Shown piece after piece: positions 1 to 8,239 of a stretch of 52,923 nucleotides of DNA. Made by a program: the position numbers and the translations under genes. The stretch lies in contig JBDTOZ010000740.1 of the NCBI GenBank assembly GCA_039932995.1, positions 1 to 52,923 of the forward strand, written 5' to 3'. The notes below the pieces were generated by a model. That model saw only the letters and a list, made by a program, of their open reading frames with translations, made no database searches and was not told where the DNA came from. This DNA comes from Acidobacteriota bacterium (GTDB lineage Bacteria; Acidobacteriota; Thermoanaerobaculia; Gp7-AA8). The stretch's first letter is position 1. Every line of letters starts with the position of its first letter.

Positions 1-64
1 ACCAGCAACCAGCAACCAGCAACCAGCAACCAGCAACCAGCAACCAGCAACCAGGAACAGCAAC
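1..64. repeat. tandem heptamer array (ACCAGCA)x7 plus degenerate units, ending 5 nt before the rsmH ATG
   Basis: Perfect 7-nt periodicity over 1-49, degenerate over 50-63. It probably forms the 3' arm of a hairpin whose 5' arm lies outside the window. Confidence 0.9.
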
Positions 65-69
65 TCCAG

Positions 70-990
70 ATGACACACGAACCTGTTCTTTTAAGCGAAG
101 TGATGAGGCTCCTCGAGCCCAACCGTCCGGACGGCGTGATCGTCGACGCAACGGTGGGGCTGGGCGGACACGCGGAAGCGCTACTGGAGCGCCATTCCGA
201 GGTCCGCTTGATCGCCATCGACCGCGATCCTGAGGCGCTGGAACGGTCGCGGGTGCGGCTGAGCCGTTTTCCGGGCCGGGTGACGTTCGTGGGCGGACGT
301 CATGAATCGCTCATTGACATCCTGAAGCAGTGCGGCACGGAGCGCATCAGCGGTCTGCTGGCCGACCTGGGCGTCTCCTCGATGCAGCTCGATGATGCGG
401 CGCGTGGCTTCTCGTTTCGTTTCGAGGGGCCGCTGGACATGCGCATGGGCTCCGAGGGGAGAAGCGCGGCGGACCTGGTCAACGAGCTGGATGAGTGGGA
501 GCTGATGCGGATCATTCGCGAGTATGGCGAGGAGCCGATGGCTCGGCGGATCGCGGCGGCGATCGTGGCGGCGCGGGTGGAAGAGCCCATCACGACGACG
601 GCGAAACTCGCGGAGGTCATTCGCGGCGTGAAGAAAGCCCGCTACCACGAGATTGACCCGTCGACGCTCACCTTTCAGGCACTTCGGATCGCCACGAACG
701 AGGAGCTGATCGGTCTGGACCGGTTCGTCGACGATGCGGTGAGCGTTCTGGAAAATGGAGCGCGCGTGGGCATCATTGCCTTCCACTCCTTGGAAGACCG
801 GATCGTCAAGCGCGCTTTCCGCCGGCTCGCCGGTGAGTGTACCTGCCCGCCCAACATGCCTGTTTGCGGATGCGGGGCGACGCAGTCGGTGAAGGTTCTG
901 ACCGGAAGGCCGGTCACTGCTTCAGAAGAAGAGATGCAACGCAATCCGCGGTCGCGCAGTGCCAAGTTGCGCGTCGCGGAGCGGGTCTAG
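70..990 (+). CDS. rsmH: 16S rRNA (cytosine1402-N4)-methyltransferase RsmH/MraW
   Basis: 306-aa ORF with VGLGGHAEALL and DLGVSSMQLD motifs typical of RsmH. It is the first gene in the canonical dcw order. Confidence 0.95.
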   Translation: MTHEPVLLSEVMRLLEPNRPDGVIVDATVGLGGHAEALLERHSEVRLIAIDRDPEALERSRVRLSRFPGRVTFVGGRHESLIDILKQCGTERISGLLADLGVSSMQLDDAARGFSFRFEGPLDMRMGSEGRSAADLVNELDEWELMRIIREYGEEPMARRIAAAIVAARVEEPITTTAKLAEVIRGVKKARYHEIDPSTLTFQALRIATNEELIGLDRFVDDAVSVLENGARVGIIAFHSLEDRIVKRAFRRLAGECTCPPNMPVCGCGATQSVKVLTGRPVTASEEEMQRNPRSRSAKLRVAERV

Positions 991-1157
991 TTGCTGGTTG
1001 CTGGTTGCTGGTTTCTTGCGGAGGCGCGCGAACAACCAGCGACCAGGAACCAACAAAGTGAAGTTACCAGGCCGCCTGGTGTGAGTTGTTGACTGTCGCG
1101 AGGCTCTCCGGTCGGAGATCCAGCCCGCAGACAACCAGCAACCAGCAACCAGCAACG
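990..1157. repeat. CAACCAG-class composite hairpin: one 5' arm (GTTGCTG)n with two alternative 3' arms
   Basis: 5' arm 990-1021. Proximal partner 1031-1056, imperfect. Distal partner 1125-1156, whose reverse complement matches the 5' arm at 29 of 32 positions. Confidence 0.85.
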
Positions 1158-1368
1158 ACGAAGTGGACGAAGTCGACGAGCAAGGGTGAAGGTTGGGGAA
1201 GGGTTGGGCGTGTGTGTGATGCGGGAGCTCGGGAGGGGTGGAGCGTGGGGTGTGGGCGCGTGTGGATGGCTTCTCGAATCATGCTAGCAGGCAGATCTTC
1301 ACCCTTGTTCGTCGGCTTCGCGCGCGGCACCGGCAGGTGTCGGGTAAGGAACGTTTCAGTCCCCGGTC

Positions 1369-1743
1369 ATGTACACGCAGAAGAAACCCATCGACAACAC
1401 TCACATCGTCCGCGAGAGGGATCGCCGGCGAAACCGTGAGCTCTTTGCCGTCCTGTCCCTCGGCATTCCGATCGGTCTCTTCCTGCTTCTTTTCACCTGG
1501 CAGAACCTCGAGGTGATCCGCCTCGGCCGCGAGGCCACGCGGCTGCAGCGAGACCTCAAGGACGTCGAGGCCCGGCACAAGGCCCTGCAGGCGGAGCTCG
1601 ACCGCAGGACTTCGTTCGATGCCGTGGAAAAGAAAGCCTCTGCGCTCGGCTTCCAGCCCACGGACGCGAAGACCATCGTGCTGGTCGAGCCGGCCGCCAA
1701 CCGCCAATCGCCAGCCACCCATCCGGAAAGCGGAGCGCACTGA
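1369..1743 (+). CDS. ftsL: cell division protein FtsL-like
   Basis: 124 aa. One TM helix (LFAVLSLGIPIGLFLLLFTW) followed by a coiled-coil-like LQRDLKDVEARHKALQAELD. The stop overlaps the ftsI ATG (1741-1745). Sits between rsmH and ftsI. Confidence 0.7.
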   Translation: MYTQKKPIDNTHIVRERDRRRNRELFAVLSLGIPIGLFLLLFTWQNLEVIRLGREATRLQRDLKDVEARHKALQAELDRRTSFDAVEKKASALGFQPTDAKTIVLVEPAANRQSPATHPESGAH

Positions 1744-3683
1744 TGGCGATCTCTCATCGCCGTCTCCTGCAAGTCTTCGCGCTGCTGGCTGCCTGGGGCC
1801 TGATCGTCGTGGGCCGTCTGGCCCAGGTGCAACTCGTGCGGCACGAACACTACGTGACGCGCGCGCAACGGCAGCAGGAGCGCACGCTGGCACTCAATCC
1901 CGTTCGAGGCTCGATTCTCGACTCCCGAGGGCGCGTGCTCGCGGAGAGCATCGCCGCGGAATCGATCTATGCGGACCCGCAGATGATCACCGATCGCCGC
2001 GGCGTGGCCCGCGCTCTGGCGAAGGTGCCGGGCATCGGTCTCACCGCTCGCGACATCGAGACCCGGCTTCGCGCCAACAACAGCTTCGCCTGGATCGCGC
2101 GCCAGCTTCCCCTGGAGACGACCGCGGAAGTGCGCAAGCTGAAGCTCAACGGGATCTATTTCCTGGAGGCGCACCGGCGCAGCTATCCCCGGGCGACGCT
2201 TGGAGCGAACGTCATCGGCTATGTCGGCATCGACGGTGACGGGCTGAGTGGCATCGAGCATACCTTCGATAGCCAGGTGAGGGGCACGCCCGGCAAAGTC
2301 ACGCTGCTCAAGGATGCGCGCCGAGGCATGTACCTGCTCGGCGGAGACGGAGCAAACCGTCCGCGGGACGGCGGTCATGTCGTGCTGACCATCGACACCG
2401 TGGTCCAGTTCATCGCCGAGCGCGCCCTGAATGGCGCGATGGAGCGTTATCACGCCGGCGGCGGGTCGGTGATCGTCATGGATCCGAACAACGGCGACAT
2501 CCTGGCCATGGCCTCCGCCCCCTCGTTCGACCCGAACCATTTCCGCGACTTTCCCCCGGTGTCGTGGAAAAACCGCAATGTGCAGGACACCTACGAGCCG
2601 GGTTCGACATTCAAGATCGTCACCGCGGCCGCAGGTCTCGAGGAGCGGCTGGTCACTCCCTCCCAGGTCCTCGACTGCGGCAACGGCTCCATCACTGTCG
2701 CCAACATCACCATCAATGAGCACGACGGACATCGCTACGGTCTGCTCACCTTCGAAGACGTCATCGTCAACTCCTCGAACGTCGGGACAGTCCGGGTCGG
2801 TCTGGCCCTTGGGCAGGATCGTTTTTACGATTGGATCCGGCGCTTCGGCTTCGGCGAGAAGACAGGCATCACGCTTCCCGGCGAATCGGCCGGGCAGCTC
2901 CGCGGACCGCAGCGCTGGACGCAAGTTTCCCCGGCCAGCATCTCCATCGGCCAGGAGATCGCCGTGACTCCTCTGCAGATCGTGCGGGCCGTGAGCGCCG
3001 TGGCCACGGGAGGACTGCTCGTCGAGCCACGCATCGTGAAGAGGGTGATCGACGACGAAGGGAAGACCGTCTACGAGCCACCCCGTCAGGCGGCGAAGCG
3101 GGTCATGTCGGAAAAGACCGCGGCCGTGCTGAACGAGATTCTCAAGAACGTCGTCTCGCGCGGGACCGGCGAGCACGCGGCCCTGGCCGAGCACGTGGTG
3201 GCGGGCAAGACCGGGACGGCCCAGAAGGCCGTCGGCCGCATGGGATACATCGACGGCCGCTACGTCGGGTCGTTCACGGGCTACGTGCCGGCCGATCGCC
3301 CCCGGCTGGCCATCCTGGTCGTCATCGACGAGCCGCATGGGGAGTATTACGGCGGCACGGTGGCCGCGCCGGTGTTCCGCGAAGTGGCCGAGGGGACCTT
3401 GCGATACCTGGGTGTTCCCCCCTCGCGGCCTTCCCGATCGATCGACGTCTCGGAGCCGTTACTGGCCGCATTCTCGCAACCTGCTGCACCAGCCGGTTCG
3501 ACCTCGGGCGTGCCTGACTTGCGAGGGCTCGACGCGCGTGCGGCGGTGGCCCGTGCAGTGTCGCGCGGGTTCGTCGTTCGGACCATTGGAAGCGGAGTGG
3601 TGACCTCACAAGATCCTCAACCAGGCGGAGCTGCATCCGTGGACCGCAGAATCATGACCTTGCGGCTGGAGGCGCGCGGATGA
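1743..3683 (+). CDS. ftsI: class B penicillin-binding protein (division transpeptidase FtsI) with C-terminal PASTA-like domain
   Basis: SxxK (GSTFKIV), SxN (NSSNVG) and KTG (AGKTGTA) motifs, plus an N-terminal TM. The C-terminus VPDLRGLDARAAVARAVSRGFVVRTIGSGVVTSQDPQPG looks like a PASTA domain. Confidence 0.9.
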   Translation: MAISHRRLLQVFALLAAWGLIVVGRLAQVQLVRHEHYVTRAQRQQERTLALNPVRGSILDSRGRVLAESIAAESIYADPQMITDRRGVARALAKVPGIGLTARDIETRLRANNSFAWIARQLPLETTAEVRKLKLNGIYFLEAHRRSYPRATLGANVIGYVGIDGDGLSGIEHTFDSQVRGTPGKVTLLKDARRGMYLLGGDGANRPRDGGHVVLTIDTVVQFIAERALNGAMERYHAGGGSVIVMDPNNGDILAMASAPSFDPNHFRDFPPVSWKNRNVQDTYEPGSTFKIVTAAAGLEERLVTPSQVLDCGNGSITVANITINEHDGHRYGLLTFEDVIVNSSNVGTVRVGLALGQDRFYDWIRRFGFGEKTGITLPGESAGQLRGPQRWTQVSPASISIGQEIAVTPLQIVRAVSAVATGGLLVEPRIVKRVIDDEGKTVYEPPRQAAKRVMSEKTAAVLNEILKNVVSRGTGEHAALAEHVVAGKTGTAQKAVGRMGYIDGRYVGSFTGYVPADRPRLAILVVIDEPHGEYYGGTVAAPVFREVAEGTLRYLGVPPSRPSRSIDVSEPLLAAFSQPAAPAGSTSGVPDLRGLDARAAVARAVSRGFVVRTIGSGVVTSQDPQPGGAASVDRRIMTLRLEARG

Positions 3684-5158
3684 AACTCGCCGACCTCCTC
3701 AACGGCGTGCCGGTCCGCGAGCTCCGCGGCGACACCGAAGTCGAGATCACCCAGGTGACGCCCGACTCGCGTCTGGTTACTCGCGGCTCCCTCTTCGTGG
3801 CCATTCCGGGAACCGCGAAGGACGGCACGGCCTTCATCCCTCAGGCCGTGCAGCGCGGCGCGGCGGCCATCGTCATGGCGGGCTCGCATTCGACCGACAC
3901 TTCGCCATCGACCACGGTCATCACCGATGATCCGCGCGCCGCCCTTGCAGTTCTCGCGGCCAACTTCTATGGGCGTCCGGCTGACCACCTCTCGCTGGTC
4001 GGGGTCACCGGCACGTCCGGCAAGACCACCACCGCCCGGATGATCGAGTCGGTGTTCGACGCTCCGGTGAACGGCGTGTCCGAGCCCGTCGGTCTCATCG
4101 GCACCATCGAATACCGGGCCGGAGACGAGAAGCTGATGGCCGACCGCACCACTCCGGATGCGGTCGTCCTGCAGGGCTGGTTCTCCAAGATGGTCCGCGC
4201 CGGCGTGAGGCACGCCGTCATGGAAGTGTCCTCGCACGCTCTGGCCCTCAAGCGGACTTTCGGAATCCATTTTGCGGCGGCCGTTTTCACCAATCTCTCC
4301 CGCGAGCACTTCGACTTCCACAAAGACTTCGAAGACTACTTCGCGGCCAAGCGCATCCTCTTCGACCAGATCGACCGCACCCGTCAGACGGCGGTCGTCA
4401 ACATCGACGACGAATACGGCCGGCGCCTTGCCGCGGAACTGGGACCGGGCGCGATGACCTTCGGCCGCGCAGGAGACATTCGTCCCGGCGCCGACCTGGC
4501 CATCACCGTGGAAGGGCTGCACGGGACGGTGCACACACCGCGGGGCGATGTGCGCATGGAGTCGACGCTGCTGGGCTTGCCGAATCTCTACAACTGGATG
4601 GGGGCCATCGGCGCCGCTCTGGTCGTGGGAATCCCCATCCCGCGCATCGAGGACGGCATTCGGAACCTCCAGTCCGTCCGCGGCCGCTTCGAACGGGTGG
4701 GCGCGACGGCGCCGACGGTGATCGTCGACTACGCACACAAGCCCGATGCCCTGGAAAAGCTCCTGCAGGCGGTTCGGGAGATCGCCGGTGAACGGCGGGT
4801 GACGGTGGTCTTCGGGTGCGGGGGTGATCGGGACCGCGGCAAGCGTCCGCAGATGGGGGAGATCGCCTCGCGTCTGGCCGACCGTGTGGTCATCACCAGC
4901 GACAACCCCCGCAGTGAGGAGCCGCAGTCGATCATCGACGAGATCAGGAAGGGGATCACCGGCACGAACGCGATCACGATCGCGGACCGCCGCGAGGCGA
5001 TCGCCCGGACCATCGCCGAGGCCCAACCGGAGGACGTGATCGTCATCGCCGGCAAGGGTCACGAAACCTATCAGGTCATCGGCGACGACGTCGTCCACTT
5101 CGACGATCGCGAAGAGGCAGAATTCGCGATTAAAAAGCAGCACGGAAAAGCATCTTGA
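3680..5158 (+). CDS. murE: UDP-N-acetylmuramoyl-L-alanyl-D-glutamate--2,6-diaminopimelate ligase
   Basis: Mur ligase P-loop GVTGTSGKTTT and the MurE-type DNPRSE motif. ATG 3680 overlaps the ftsI TGA (ATGA). Confidence 0.95.
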   Translation: MKLADLLNGVPVRELRGDTEVEITQVTPDSRLVTRGSLFVAIPGTAKDGTAFIPQAVQRGAAAIVMAGSHSTDTSPSTTVITDDPRAALAVLAANFYGRPADHLSLVGVTGTSGKTTTARMIESVFDAPVNGVSEPVGLIGTIEYRAGDEKLMADRTTPDAVVLQGWFSKMVRAGVRHAVMEVSSHALALKRTFGIHFAAAVFTNLSREHFDFHKDFEDYFAAKRILFDQIDRTRQTAVVNIDDEYGRRLAAELGPGAMTFGRAGDIRPGADLAITVEGLHGTVHTPRGDVRMESTLLGLPNLYNWMGAIGAALVVGIPIPRIEDGIRNLQSVRGRFERVGATAPTVIVDYAHKPDALEKLLQAVREIAGERRVTVVFGCGGDRDRGKRPQMGEIASRLADRVVITSDNPRSEEPQSIIDEIRKGITGTNAITIADRREAIARTIAEAQPEDVIVIAGKGHETYQVIGDDVVHFDDREEAEFAIKKQHGKAS

Positions 5159-5184
5159 TATTCAATATGAAAATCGCTTACTAT
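5155..5184 (+). promoter_or_regulatory. sigma70-like promoter candidate at the murE stop (-35 TTGATA, 18-nt spacer, -10 TACTAT)
   Basis: AT-rich island in GC-rich DNA. It shares the TTGATATTCA and CTTACTAT blocks with the ftsZ-proximal candidate at 15676-15704. Confidence 0.5.
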
Positions 5185-5468
5185 TACGGGGTTCCGGCTC
5201 CGTCGGCCGGTTTCGGCGAGGGTGGACGGTGGGGTTTCGCCAGGCAGTTCTCGGGGAAGGGGACGAGCAATGGCGACGAAACGCGGCGGAGCCGGACGTT
5301 TCTGTTGGCAGGTCGCAGCGGGCAGTCGGCTGGAGGCCGCGGCCCGCTCCTCGAGCAACGTTCAATCAGGAACCCGGCCAGCTCCCCATCGACCAACTGT
5401 CGATTTTCGGCTCGTCGGGCAGAGGAGCCTGCCAACCGCCAGGCGCCAACCGCCGACTGGGGAACGCC

Positions 5469-6836
5469 ATGCCCACGCTGACCTTCACCCAGCTCGCCGA
5501 AATGATCGGCGGCACTGTCATTCAGGGCGGTGGCGTCGAGAGCTCCTCGGTGGTCATCGACTCGCGCGAAGTCCGGCCGGATTCGGTGTTCTTCGCCATC
5601 AAGGGCGATCGCCTCGACGGTCACGCGTTTCTGCCGCAGGCGTTGACCACGGCGCGGGGCGCGGTGGTCACGCAGGTGCCGGAGCAGACGGACAAGGCCA
5701 TCGTGCAAGTGGCCGATACGACCGTCGCCCTGCAGCGACTGGCCAGTGCCATTCGCGACCGCTTCCCCTTCCTGCTCATCGGCATCACCGGCTCCGCGGG
5801 GAAGACCACCACCAAGGAGATGATCGCCACGCTGACGGCCACCGAGCGCGCCACGCACAAGTCGTGGGGCAATTTCAACAACCAGATCGGCGCGCCGCTT
5901 TGTCTCGACAACATGCCCGACGGGGCGCAGGTGGTGGTCAGCGAGATGGGGATGAACCACGCCGGTGAGATCGCCGAGATCGCCGGTCTGATGCGTCCCG
6001 ACGTGGGCGTCTACACGAACATCGCTCCCGTGCACATCGAGTTCTTCGGCACGATCGAGAAGATCGCCGCTGCCAAGAGGGAGCTGCTCGAGAATCTCGC
6101 ACCGCAGGGGATCGTGGTCGTGAACAACGACAACGAGCATGTGGTGCGCATCAGCAGCGACTACGACGGGCCCAAGGTGTCCTATGGCATCGAGCATGAG
6201 GCGGACTATCGCGCGACGAACATTCGTGAGCGCGGTCTGCTGGGAACGCGCTTCACCCTGCAGGCCGAGGATGCGACGCGCGAGCTCGAGCTCGTGCTCC
6301 CGGGACGGCACAACCTCGACAACCTGCTGGCGGCCATCGCGGCCGCGCGAGCGGTGGGCATCTCGTGGGAGGGCATCGAGCGCGGCGTGCGCGAGGTGAA
6401 GCCCGCCTATCACCGCGGCGTGATTCTTCCGTGGCGTGGCGCGACCCTCTACGACGACACGTACAACTCGAATCCGTATGCGCTGGGCCGGACGCTGGAG
6501 TTGATGGCCCAGGCCGAAGCAGCCGGCCGGCGCATCGCGGTGATCGGCGACATGCTCGAGCTGGGAGAGCAAGAGCTCGCGTTTCATCGGGAGGCCGGAC
6601 GGGCCATCCCGAAAGCGATCGATGTCGTGGTGGGCGTGGGGAGACGTTCGCGGACCCTGCTCGAAGGTGCGCTGGAGGCGGGATTCGCCGCCGGCGCGTT
6701 GCACCACTTCGAGGATGCCGCCGGTGCCGGACGGTTCCTGGCAGGAGAGATCCGCCCAGGGGATCTCGTGTTGCTCAAGGGGTCTCGCGGCGTCGGACTC
6801 GACAAAGCGGTGGCCCTGCTGGAGGAGTCGCAATGA
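5469..6836 (+). CDS. murF: UDP-N-acetylmuramoyl-tripeptide--D-alanyl-D-alanine ligase
   Basis: The track ORF begins at 5229, but a MurF-like N-terminus (MPTLTFTQLAEMIGG) begins at ATG 5469. P-loop GITGSAGKTTTKEM. The upstream extension lies in repeat-rich non-coding DNA. Confidence 0.9.
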   Translation: MPTLTFTQLAEMIGGTVIQGGGVESSSVVIDSREVRPDSVFFAIKGDRLDGHAFLPQALTTARGAVVTQVPEQTDKAIVQVADTTVALQRLASAIRDRFPFLLIGITGSAGKTTTKEMIATLTATERATHKSWGNFNNQIGAPLCLDNMPDGAQVVVSEMGMNHAGEIAEIAGLMRPDVGVYTNIAPVHIEFFGTIEKIAAAKRELLENLAPQGIVVVNNDNEHVVRISSDYDGPKVSYGIEHEADYRATNIRERGLLGTRFTLQAEDATRELELVLPGRHNLDNLLAAIAAARAVGISWEGIERGVREVKPAYHRGVILPWRGATLYDDTYNSNPYALGRTLELMAQAEAAGRRIAVIGDMLELGEQELAFHREAGRAIPKAIDVVVGVGRRSRTLLEGALEAGFAAGALHHFEDAAGAGRFLAGEIRPGDLVLLKGSRGVGLDKAVALLEESQ

Positions 6837-6885
6837 CCCGGTCCTTCGTTCCCCGTTCACCCTTCATCGTTCGGGAGAGTGCCTG

Positions 6886-7974
6886 ATGCTGTACTACCTC
6901 CTCTTCGAGCTGCGCGACGTCTTCGTCGGCTTCAACGTCTTTCGCTACATCACCTTCCGGACGGCGTTTGCCGCTCTCACGGCCCTGCTCATCTCGCTGG
7001 TGCTGGGGCCGTGGCTGATCGAGCGGATGCGCCGCATCAAGCTCGGCCAGTACATTCGTGAGGAGGGGCCGAAGTCGCACCAGGCCAAGGCCGGCACGCC
7101 GACGATGGGGGGCATCCTCATCAATGTGGCCATCATCATCCCGACCATCCTCTGGGCCGACATCCGCAATCCGTACATCTGGATCGTGCTGTTCGTCACG
7201 GCGGCCTATGCCGCGATCGGGTTCGTCGACGACTACCGGAAGCTGGCCAAGAAACGCAATCTCGGTCTCACGCCGGCCGAGAAATTCGGCGCGCAGTTCA
7301 CGGTGGCCTTCCTGGCGGGAGCGGCCATCGCCTATCTGCCGATGCTGAAGAACAACTACTCCACGGCCATCACCTTTCCGTTTCTCAAGGACGTCACCCT
7401 CGATCTCGGACCGGTGTACATCCTCTTCATCGCGGTGATCCTGGTGGGAACGTCCAACGCCGTCAATCTCACCGATGGGCTGGACGGGCTGGCCATCGGC
7501 TCGGTGCTCGTGGCCGCTGTGACGTACACCGTCCTCACTTACGCGGCCGGGCACGCCCGCATCGCGGAGTACCTGCGCATCGCCTGGGTTCCGCAGACCG
7601 GAGAGCTGGCGGTGTTCTGCGGGGCCATGGTGGGGGCCTCGCTGGGATTCCTCTGGTTCAACGCGCACCCGGCGGAGATCTTCATGGGCGACGTTGGCTC
7701 GCTGGCTCTGGGCGGCGCGATCGGCTGTGTGGCCGTGACCATCAAGCAGGAGCTGCTACTCGTGCTGGTGGGCGGTCTGTTCGTCCTGGAGGCGCTGTCG
7801 GTCATCCTGCAGGTGGCGTCGTTCAAGATCACCGGCCGGCGCATCTTCAAGATGTCGCCGTTGCATCACCACTTCGAGCTTTCAGGTTGGAAGGAGACCA
7901 AGGTCGTCGTGCGGTTCTGGATCATCGCCATCATTTTCGCGATGGTCTCGCTGGCCACTTTGAAACTGAGATGA
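6886..7974 (+). CDS. mraY: phospho-N-acetylmuramoyl-pentapeptide transferase
   Basis: ATG 6886 (MLYYLLFELRDVF) preceded by GGGAGAG. NAVNLTDGLDGLA and PLHHHFE motifs. Polytopic membrane protein. Confidence 0.95.
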   Translation: MLYYLLFELRDVFVGFNVFRYITFRTAFAALTALLISLVLGPWLIERMRRIKLGQYIREEGPKSHQAKAGTPTMGGILINVAIIIPTILWADIRNPYIWIVLFVTAAYAAIGFVDDYRKLAKKRNLGLTPAEKFGAQFTVAFLAGAAIAYLPMLKNNYSTAITFPFLKDVTLDLGPVYILFIAVILVGTSNAVNLTDGLDGLAIGSVLVAAVTYTVLTYAAGHARIAEYLRIAWVPQTGELAVFCGAMVGASLGFLWFNAHPAEIFMGDVGSLALGGAIGCVAVTIKQELLLVLVGGLFVLEALSVILQVASFKITGRRIFKMSPLHHHFELSGWKETKVVVRFWIIAIIFAMVSLATLKLR

Positions 7975-8230
7975 GTCTTCGAGTCTTCGAGTCTTCGAGT
8001 CGTCGCGCCTGCAGTCGTCGGGTCGTTTTCATCGATGGAGTCTCACAGTCTCATAGGCTCACAGTCTCATAGACGCCGGAGCCAACGACACCTATGAGAT
8101 GAGACTCGACGACTCGACGACTCGACGACCCGAAGACTTGACGACTTGACGACCCGAAGGCCCGACGACCCGAAGACCCGAAGACTTGACGACTCGAAGA
8201 CTCGACGACCCGAAGACTCGAAGACTAGAC
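7973..8230. repeat. nested octamer-unit hairpin element, copy 1 (mraY-murD gap)
   Basis: Left outer arm (GAGTCTTC/GAGTCGTC)n and inner arms (TCTCACAG/TCTCATAG)n. The long right arm holds about 16 GACTCGAC/GACCCGAA/GACTTGAC octamers. The core is shared with 39151-39226. Confidence 0.9.
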
Positions 8231-8239
8231 AAAGACACA

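Noticed and set aside
1401-3338. 645-aa ORF antisense to ftsI. Similar long antisense or out-of-frame ORFs occur at 3617-5143 (-), 5184-6860 (-), 9258-11006 (-), 11573-13204 (-), 14024-15076 (-), 26857-28323 (+), 30396-32354 (+), 32822-34357 (+), 34973-36607 (+), 41749-43434 (-), 43302-46298 (+) and 50931-52538 (-).
   Set aside because: Each lies opposite a gene with unmistakable conserved motifs. Their translations are low-complexity and rich in R, G, A, P, D and H, with no recognisable motifs. This is the usual stop-codon-poor antisense frame of GC-rich DNA.
5155-5481. 108-aa ORF in the murE-murF spacer. Also small ORFs in the rsmH-ftsL spacer (1086-1439 and 1238-1516).
   Set aside because: The compositions are rich in Arg, Gly and Ser, and the ORFs run through repeat and hairpin DNA. 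There is no RBS or recognisable motif. I treat them as non-coding leader or spacer.
7973-8230. Could the short tandem arrays be CRISPR arrays?
   Set aside because: Units are 7-9 nt and directly abutting, with no unique spacers of about 30 nt. Complementary arrays face each other. No cas genes are in the window.
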